From Fibrobacteria bacterium (GTDB lineage Bacteria > Fibrobacterota > Fibrobacteria > UBA11236), in the NCBI GenBank assembly GCA_043745805.1, contig JAYTSD010000004.1, positions 160,001-224,000 on the forward strand: a stretch of DNA of 64,000 nucleotides, given 5' to 3'. This document shows positions 57,703 through 64,000 of this stretch, in pieces (position 1 is the first letter of the stretch; each line of letters begins with the position of its first letter). The notes below the pieces were generated by a model. It was not told where the DNA came from. It saw nothing but the letters and a program-made list of their open reading frames with translations, and searched no databases. Made by a program: the position numbers and the translations under genes.

Positions 57703-58962
57703 CTATGCAGCTACGAAAGCATTTTTATAAAGAGGAAAATGCGCACATAATTCTTTAACGTCATTATGAATCGTTTGCAAATACGCTTCATCGCCTACAT
57801 GCATTATTGCTCTATCAATAAAATCCGCTACTTGACGAATTTCACTCGCACCCATGCCACGTGTAGTAATAGCTGCCGTGCCTAAGCGCACGCCCGAGGG
57901 ATCCATGGCTTTTCGCGTATCAAAAGGTACGGTACTACGACTGCAAGAAATTCCAATTTTATCGAGCGCCACTTCAGCTGCTTTACCCGCAACATCTTTG
58001 TTACGTAGATCAACAACCATCAAATGATTATCCGTGCCGTCGGTTAAAATGCGATAACCTTTTTCCATTAATGCCGACGCTAAAGTTTGTGCATTGATAA
58101 TCACATTTTTCGCATAGGTTTGGAATTCAGGTTGCAAAGCTTCTTTAAAGCAAACCGCTTTAGCAGCATTGATATGATCATGTGGGCCGCCTTGTATACC
58201 AGGGAATATGGAACGATCGATATCCTTTTGGAATTGGCTTTTGCACATGATAATCGCGCCGCGCGGGCCACGCAAAGTTTTGTGAGTAGTCGTAGTTACT
58301 ATATCAAAAAGAGGCACGGGATTCTCAATAGCTTTACCGGCTATGAGGCCTGCGACATGCGCAATATCACCAAAAGTGATTGCACCCACTTCGTCGGCAA
58401 TACTTTTAAAAGCTTTCCAATCGATATTGCGTGAGTAAGCGGAGAAACCGGCGATGATCATTTTCGGACGTTCACGCAAAGCAATTTCGCGTACTTTGTT
58501 CATATCAATACGACAAGTTTTTTCATCCACTTCATACTGTGAAAACTGATACATCATACCGGAAAAATTCACGGGATGGCCATGGGATAAATGTCCACCA
58601 TGATCGAGTTTTAAACCAAGCACTTTATCGCCAGGTTTTGCCACCGCTAAATACACCGCTAAATTGGCAGGCGAACCGGAAAGTGGTTGAATATTAACAT
58701 GCTCAGCACCGAATAATTCTTTGGCGCGCGCAATGGCTAAAGTTTCCATTTGGTCGATGACTTCATTGCCCCCATAATAGCGTTTGCCAGGGTAACCTTC
58801 GGAATACTTATTGGTGAGTACGGATCCCATGGCTTCTAAAATTGCTGGGCTCACATAATTTTCGGAGGCGATAAGCTCAATGCCTTCTTCTTGGCGTTTG
58901 GCTTCATGCTGAATAATTTTCAGGATTTCGGTATCGGTGTGCTTTAAGTTTTGCATAGTCAT
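57703..58962 (-). CDS. glyA: Serine hydroxymethyltransferase
   Basis: LIASEN, NKYSEGYPGKRYYGG, GGHLSHG, TTTHKTLRGPRG, FPGIQGGP. Confidence 0.98.
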   Translation of the reverse strand: MTMQNLKHTDTEILKIIQHEAKRQEEGIELIASENYVSPAILEAMGSVLTNKYSEGYPGKRYYGGNEVIDQMETLAIARAKELFGAEHVNIQPLSGSPANLAVYLAVAKPGDKVLGLKLDHGGHLSHGHPVNFSGMMYQFSQYEVDEKTCRIDMNKVREIALRERPKMIIAGFSAYSRNIDWKAFKSIADEVGAITFGDIAHVAGLIAGKAIENPVPLFDIVTTTTHKTLRGPRGAIIMCKSQFQKDIDRSIFPGIQGGPHDHINAAKAVCFKEALQPEFQTYAKNVIINAQTLASALMEKGYRILTDGTDNHLMVVDLRNKDVAGKAAEVALDKIGISCSRSTVPFDTRKAMDPSGVRLGTAAITTRGMGASEIRQVADFIDRAIMHVGDEAYLQTIHNDVKELCAHFPLYKNAFVAA

Positions 58963-59207
58963 CCGGCTTTAAAGGAAGCGGCAAATGTAGAAAAATCACG
59001 GGTTTTATTGGGCGGGAAAGATGTTACTCGGAATTGAGAAATTCGGGACGCTAAAGGATTTTATCAGCTATTAAAACAAAAATAACCTAAGGCAAGCTAA
59101 CTACATCTAAATCAATTAGTTTCATTAACCCAAAATACCAGTTTTGGCGTATATGCAAAAAACCAAAGCTTCCCTTAGTTGTTCGTAACTCCTAAATTTT
59201 AGCTCCT

Positions 59208-60389
59208 TTAACTCCTGTAAGAAGCGTTAATCTTGACATAGTCATAAGTCAAGTCGCAGGTCCAATAAGTCCACTCACTAGAGCCGGAGTGCAGATTTAA
59301 AACGATGGAAATATCTTTAGCCAACATTTTATCCGCCACGTCCTTTTCCACATAACTCGCCGGATTGCCACCCCGTAACACGGGTGTTTCGCAAAAATCG
59401 AGATCGAGTTTTTGTGGATCAAAAGCCACACCACAAGAGCCCGCCGCTGCAACCACACGACCCCAATTGGGATCGCCGCCGAACAGTGCGGTTTTCACTA
59501 AAGGAGAATTCGCCACCCCTTGCGCTATGGTTTTGGCTTGCGCCGCATTTTCGCAGCTTTTTACTTGAATGGTGACTAACTTGGTCGCCCCTTCCCCATC
59601 ACGCACAATAAGCTTGGCTAATTTTTGCATTAAGGAAAGTAAAGAGTCGTCGAAGGATTTTTGCTCCGTAGCATGGAGGTTAACATAATTCACACCACTG
59701 GCCCCATTGGCTAAAAGCAAGGCCGTGTCATTGGTGCTCATATCGCCATCTACCGAAATGGAATTAAAACTTTTCTCCACCAAGGCTGCGAATTTTTCTT
59801 GATAACTTGCCGGTAATGCTATATCTGTGGTGAGATAAGCCAGCATGGTAGCCATATTGGGACGTATCATGCCCGCGCCTTTGACCGCGCCGCCGATGCG
59901 GATTTCTTCGCCTTGAATCGTTAAGGAAATCTCTCCGATTTTTTCAAAGGTATCCGTAGTCATAATGGCCTGATGAAAGGGGCTATAATCCTTTTCCTTG
60001 GCGAATAAACGGCGAATGCCCGCGCTTAATTTTTCCATTGGTAATACTTCGCCAATAACCCCGGTGGAAGAAATTAAAAGATCGCCCTTGGCGGATGAAA
60101 CCTCGAGTAAAAGAGAGGCCGTTTCTAAAACATTTTTATCACCGACTTCGCCTGTACAGGCATTAGCATTGCCGCTATTGACTAAAACATGAGAGATTTT
60201 TTTTCCGCTCTGTAAAACTTTAATGTCATATTTCACCGGCGCCGCTTGAAAAACATTGGTGGTGAATACGCCGAAGGTTTGTGCGGGAGGTTCGGAAACT
60301 AAAATGCCTAAATCGGGTTTGCCATTTTTTTTTATTTGGCAAGCCAAGCCCCAAGCGATAAAGCCCTTTGGATAAGTCACATTTTGCAT
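59208..60389 (-). CDS. argJ: Bifunctional glutamate N-acetyltransferase/amino-acid acetyltransferase
   Basis: NSGNANACTG, STGVIG, KGAGMIRPNMATML, DGDMSTND, DGEGATK, DPNWGR, DLTYDYVKINASYRS. Confidence 0.97.
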   Translation of the reverse strand: MQNVTYPKGFIAWGLACQIKKNGKPDLGILVSEPPAQTFGVFTTNVFQAAPVKYDIKVLQSGKKISHVLVNSGNANACTGEVGDKNVLETASLLLEVSSAKGDLLISSTGVIGEVLPMEKLSAGIRRLFAKEKDYSPFHQAIMTTDTFEKIGEISLTIQGEEIRIGGAVKGAGMIRPNMATMLAYLTTDIALPASYQEKFAALVEKSFNSISVDGDMSTNDTALLLANGASGVNYVNLHATEQKSFDDSLLSLMQKLAKLIVRDGEGATKLVTIQVKSCENAAQAKTIAQGVANSPLVKTALFGGDPNWGRVVAAAGSCGVAFDPQKLDLDFCETPVLRGGNPASYVEKDVADKMLAKDISIVLNLHSGSSEWTYWTCDLTYDYVKINASYRS

Positions 60390-60559
60390 AAACCCTCAAT
60401 AAAACTCAAAAGATATCGTAAAAAATTATGATTCGCAGCCTTTTTTAGTGCAAATTCTGTAAACTTGCCGAAAGTTCTGCTCTTAAAATTGGTAAAAATC
60501 TATATTTTGTATCAGCTAAACCAATACTTTTGGTTTGAGATCAAATTTTAGAATGCATT

Positions 60560-60602
60560 AACGACTATGCTATTAAAAGTAGCAGGCAGTCGTTTTTTGT
60601 TT
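60560..60602 (+). terminator. Terminator-like hairpin in the greA leader
   Basis: AACGACT-a-TGCTATT-AAA-AGTAGCA-ggc-AGTCGTT then TTTTGTTT. Confidence 0.55.
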
Positions 60603-60638
60603 CAGTTAAATATTTCAAAGTCTTGAAATATTTAACTG
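60603..60638. repeat. Perfect 16-bp inverted repeat upstream of greA
   Basis: CAGTTAAATATTTCAA-AGTC-TTGAAATATTTAACTG. Confidence 0.9.
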
Positions 60639-60668
60639 TGAATTTTGCCGTAATGGCATGGAGGTTTT

Positions 60669-61142
60669 ATGAGTGATGGAAGAATTCCGATGACGCAATT
60701 GGCTTTTGATAAGCTGACGGCGGAATTAGAAGTTTTAAAAAAAACCGATAGGCCTGCGATTATTTATGAAATTGCTACGGCGCGCGCGCAAGGTGATTTG
60801 AGTGAAAATGCGGAGTATCATGCGGCCAAAGAAAAGCAAGGCGTGATTGAAGACAAGATTAAAGAAGTGGAAGATAAATTAGCACGTTCCGAAATTATGA
60901 CGCTTTCCGCTGCGGATAGTGATCATGTTATTTTTGGCGCCATCGTTTCCGTAAAAAATTTAGGTACCAATAAAGTTTTGGAATATACCTTGGTGAGTTC
61001 CGATGAAGTCGATGTGCCCAATGGAAAAATTTCTTCGGCCTCTCCTATCGGTAAAAGTTTGCTGGGCAAAAAATCAGGCGATGTCGTGGAAGTTATGATT
61101 CCCAAGGGTTTAATTCAATTGGAAATTTTGAATTACCGTTAA
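60669..61142 (+). CDS. greA: Transcription elongation factor GreA
   Basis: ARAQGDLSENAEYHAAKE, ISSASPIGKSLLGK; RBS GGAGG. Confidence 0.97.
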   Translation: MSDGRIPMTQLAFDKLTAELEVLKKTDRPAIIYEIATARAQGDLSENAEYHAAKEKQGVIEDKIKEVEDKLARSEIMTLSAADSDHVIFGAIVSVKNLGTNKVLEYTLVSSDEVDVPNGKISSASPIGKSLLGKKSGDVVEVMIPKGLIQLEILNYR

Positions 61143-62119
61143 TGCCCTTATTTGCATTTAGCGGCAATGATGATTTAAGCAAACAGGAAGCCTTGGACAA
61201 GGCTTTGCTGCAATGGTTAAATGCTGCGGGCTTTGCTGCACAAAGTGATCAAGATGGCTCGCTGCATAAAGAATTTTTTTTTGGTGATGACTTTCCAGTT
61301 GAGCGTTTTATGGAGAGTTATCAAACCGTTTCACTTTTCGTTGAAAAAAAAGCTCTCATTCTCAAAAATGTGGATAAAGTTCCCGCCGCTAGCTTGAAAC
61401 GTTTGGAAACGCTTTTCAAAACCGATAATCCTGATAGAGCGGTATTTGCCACGCTCGATAAATGGGGCACCGGATCTACTTTGAAAAAAATCTTTACCCA
61501 GCATGGTGAAATTTCGGAATTTAAATTGCCTTATGCGAATCAAATTCCCGCTTGGCTGAATCAACGCGCCAAACAAAAATATCAAAGGCATTTGGGATTA
61601 AGCGAAGCGCAATTTTTGCAAGATATGGTGGGCGCAGACATGGCTGAATTGGATAGAGAATTAGAAAAGCTCGATACTTTTTTGCCCAAGAAGCAGGCGA
61701 TTTCCCATGCCGATATTGAAGAGTTGATTGCGCCGACACGTGCCATCGATATTTTTGAATTTCAAAAAAATATGGGCTTAAGGCAGAAAACCTTGCAATT
61801 GCAGGCCTTGCGGAGCATGCTCGATAATGGGGATCCCGCTTTTCAAATTGCTTTATTATTGTTTCGGCACTTTTTGGTTTTGTTAAAAATCCGCGATCGA
61901 CTCGATCAAGGGCAAAATCCCAAGGATATCGCCGATGCACTCAAGCTCAATTATTTTTTTCATTTCCAACGTTTAAATTTTGTCGATCAAGCGCGCTCAC
62001 GCAGCGTGACGCTATGGAAAAAATGTCTTATTCGTTTGTCACAAATGGAATTGGAATTTAAACAAGGCAAAATGACGCAACGATTTGAAATTGAAATGGC
62101 TTTTGCGACTTTAGTTTAA
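61142..62119 (+). CDS. holA: DNA polymerase III subunit delta
   Basis: SLF..K..LILKN, WL..RA, ELEKL..F, I...DIEEL, IFE pattern typical of HolA; TAATG coupling to greA. Confidence 0.82.
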   Translation: MPLFAFSGNDDLSKQEALDKALLQWLNAAGFAAQSDQDGSLHKEFFFGDDFPVERFMESYQTVSLFVEKKALILKNVDKVPAASLKRLETLFKTDNPDRAVFATLDKWGTGSTLKKIFTQHGEISEFKLPYANQIPAWLNQRAKQKYQRHLGLSEAQFLQDMVGADMAELDRELEKLDTFLPKKQAISHADIEELIAPTRAIDIFEFQKNMGLRQKTLQLQALRSMLDNGDPAFQIALLLFRHFLVLLKIRDRLDQGQNPKDIADALKLNYFFHFQRLNFVDQARSRSVTLWKKCLIRLSQMELEFKQGKMTQRFEIEMAFATLV

Positions 62120-62172
62120 TATAATCTTCTTTTCTATTCTTCTATTCTCATTGTCTTTTATTGGAGGTCACT

Positions 62173-62922
62173 GTGAACACCCTTACCCCACGTGTGAAAA
62201 CAGGTTGTGAAGGACTCGATCAAATTTTACATGGCGGCCTTTTAGAAGGCAATGCCACCTTGATTGAAGGTTCTGCCGGCACCGGCAAAACCACTTTAGC
62301 TACGCAATTTATTATGCAAGGCGTGAAAGAAAATGAACATGGTGTACTTTTCGCTTTCGAAGAATATCCTGAACAATATTATGATTGCGCTGCTGAATTA
62401 GGTTGGGATTTGCGTGGCTTAGAAAAAGCCGGAAAAATCAGTGTGATTTTTACTACTCCCGAAAGTTTTTTGGAAGAGATCGAAGAAGACGATGGTCGTC
62501 TCACGAAATTGTTTGAAGAGAAAAAAACCAAGCGTGTGGTGATCGATAGCATTACCCATTTTGAAAAACTCTCACCTGAAATTGGTCAATTGCGCAGTAT
62601 TGAAACCGATATTGTCAATGCCATGAAGCGCGAAGGTATTACGGCATTGGTTTTAAAAGAGAATGCCAATGTGCTCGGTAAATGGGATGTTTCGATGAAC
62701 AAAATTCCATTTATTGTGGACACTTATATTTTGTTACGCTATTTGGAAATGGATTCACAAATTAAGCGCTGCCTTATGGTTTTAAAAATGCGCGGTAGCG
62801 ATCATGATAAAGATATTCGCGAATATGTGATTGAAAAGGGTGGCTTAAAAGTGGGAGAGAAATTCTCAGGCGTTTCGGGAATTTTCCTCGGCACCGGCAT
62901 TCATGCCCGAGCTGCAAAATAA
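62173..62922 (+). CDS. Single-domain KaiC/RAD55-like RecA-superfamily ATPase
   Basis: TGCEGLDQILHGG, Walker A GSAGTGKT, FEE, VVIDS, KMRGSDH; GTG start after GGAGG. Confidence 0.88.
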   Translation: MNTLTPRVKTGCEGLDQILHGGLLEGNATLIEGSAGTGKTTLATQFIMQGVKENEHGVLFAFEEYPEQYYDCAAELGWDLRGLEKAGKISVIFTTPESFLEEIEEDDGRLTKLFEEKKTKRVVIDSITHFEKLSPEIGQLRSIETDIVNAMKREGITALVLKENANVLGKWDVSMNKIPFIVDTYILLRYLEMDSQIKRCLMVLKMRGSDHDKDIREYVIEKGGLKVGEKFSGVSGIFLGTGIHARAAK

Positions 62923-62934
62923 TACGCATGAACT

Positions 62935-63618
62935 TCATTTTGGTATGACCAGAGCGGTTTGCATTTGCAAAAGCTCTTGGTATAAAGCCTGAAATTCCGC
63001 CACCCAAAAAGGATCTTGCCCTTTTAAGGTATTGAAAAAATCTTTCAAATTCCAGCGATCATTATAAGGGCCTACGACTTGCTCAGGCAAATGCGTTTTA
63101 TTTGTTCCCATTTTGGCTTGCTTTGTTTTGCTCACTGCGCGTAAGGCCACCATACGATGACGTAACAGGCGCGTATACAAGCGCGAACGAAAATCCGTCA
63201 AGTCAGTATTATGCGTTCTATCTATGTTGCGATTCGTCGTTTTGCTTTCCGAAAGCTTATCTTCGAAGCGTTGCATCCATTGCAAACCTTGGGCTTTTTC
63301 TAAATTCGAAATGCCACGACCACTATTTTGTAAAGTTTTTTTAACGCGCCGAATTTTTTCTTTATTCCAATCCTGTAAGGGTTGAGAAAGCGTGCGCGTC
63401 TTTTTGATTTTAGGTGAAGTGGATTTTTGTCCCTGCGCTAAAAGTTTTTCTGCTTTATTTAAAAAATAGACTCCGGCTTTATTCTGTAATTTGGATTCCG
63501 CTTGTTTTAATAGTAAGCCCACATAACGCGCTTTAGGGCGCGATAAGCCCGTGCTTGGCAACTGCTGACGTAAAGCCTGCAATTGCTCCATTAAAACTGG
63601 GTTTAAAGTTTCGGACAT
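62935..63618 (-). CDS. Hypothetical protein resembling DUF2894 (ZorG-like)
   Basis: C-terminal LPEQVVGPYN..F.TL..QDPFWV.EF..LY..LL resembles my recollection of the DUF2894 consensus (VPENAGPLN..L.LMRELSP.YL..F..Y..L). Confidence 0.45.
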   Translation of the reverse strand: MSETLNPVLMEQLQALRQQLPSTGLSRPKARYVGLLLKQAESKLQNKAGVYFLNKAEKLLAQGQKSTSPKIKKTRTLSQPLQDWNKEKIRRVKKTLQNSGRGISNLEKAQGLQWMQRFEDKLSESKTTNRNIDRTHNTDLTDFRSRLYTRLLRHRMVALRAVSKTKQAKMGTNKTHLPEQVVGPYNDRWNLKDFFNTLKGQDPFWVAEFQALYQELLQMQTALVIPK

Positions 63619-63628
63619 AAATTAAAGC

Positions 63629-64000
63629 TTAATTTTCCGTCGTTAAACTTTGATCGCGTGCTTCGGACAAGGCCGCCAAAGCTTCCATTAAAATTTCTTG
63701 CGTTTTATAAGTATTTTCTAAAAGTAATTCCGAGGACTTTTCTTGGAAGGCCATGAGAGAATCATTCAATTGACCCACGAAATCTTTTTCCGCATCCGTG
63801 CTTTCCACTTTGGCATCGAGTTTTTCTAATAGTGTCATCAAGCCTTCATTGAGCAAGCTCACGCCCGCTTGCATTTCCCCTTGATTAATCTGTAACAAAC
63901 TCGTTACCTCAGCAAAAATACCTGAGGTATTCTGTAAGTTACCAGCTAAGCCATCAACCTTTTGCGCCAATTCCAAACCTAATTGCGCTTGGCCTTGCAT
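63629..64000 (-). CDS. C-terminal part of a long helical protein resembling the DUF802 (ZorA type III-like) tail; start lies outside the window
   Basis: GEMQAGVSLLNEG..LLEKL..QLNDSL..FQEKSSELL..TQEILMEAL resembles my recollection of the DUF802 C-terminus (GEAFGAAVQLF..L..L..SDEQL.YY..QAREVIDL..QKQI.EDL). Confidence 0.45.
   Translation of the reverse strand: MQGQAQLGLELAQKVDGLAGNLQNTSGIFAEVTSLLQINQGEMQAGVSLLNEGLMTLLEKLDAKVESTDAEKDFVGQLNDSLMAFQEKSSELLLENTYKTQEILMEALAALSEARDQSLTTEN

Noticed and set aside
58963-59207. ZMP/ZTP or glycine riboswitch upstream of glyA
   Set aside because: I could not find the conserved motifs or a convincing structure by eye; an Rfam search would settle it
62173-62922. 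Circadian clock kaiC
   Set aside because: Only one ATPase domain and no kaiA/kaiB; kept as a KaiC-like ATPase

Overview
Chromosomal window from an AT-rich bacterium, most likely Fibrobacterota. That call is an inference from a TIGR02147-like gene paired with a lipoprotein, T9SS/FlgD-like C-terminal domains and a tandem outer-membrane protein family. Most of the window is housekeeping: pyrF (partial), pyk, nnr, hisN, dinB, hemW, a shortened dcw cluster (mraZ-rsmH-ftsL-ftsI-murE-murF-ftsW-murC-ftsQ-ftsA-ftsZ, with no mraY, murD or murG), nadB, a PpiD-like PPIase, an HD-GYP response regulator, tRNA-Glu(CTC), glgC, pmm/pgm, dusB, glyA, argJ, greA and holA. The non-routine parts are: (i) at the right edge, a gene pair resembling DUF802 and DUF2894, possibly a divergent Zorya type III-like defence module, convergent on a solo KaiC-like ATPase; (ii) a block at 14.6-23 kb with three tandem paralogous predicted beta-barrel proteins, a secreted DUF1080 enzyme, a 4 x 26-bp array with an invariant palindrome, and a CxxCH/PD40/TPR lipoprotein; (iii) an SPFH plus double-TIM44/zinc-ribbon/TerB operon; (iv) a TIGR02147-lipoprotein pair; (v) an uncalled 47-aa secreted small ORF and several intergenic structures, including a greA leader terminator. 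All family calls come from reading motifs by eye; no database searches were run.
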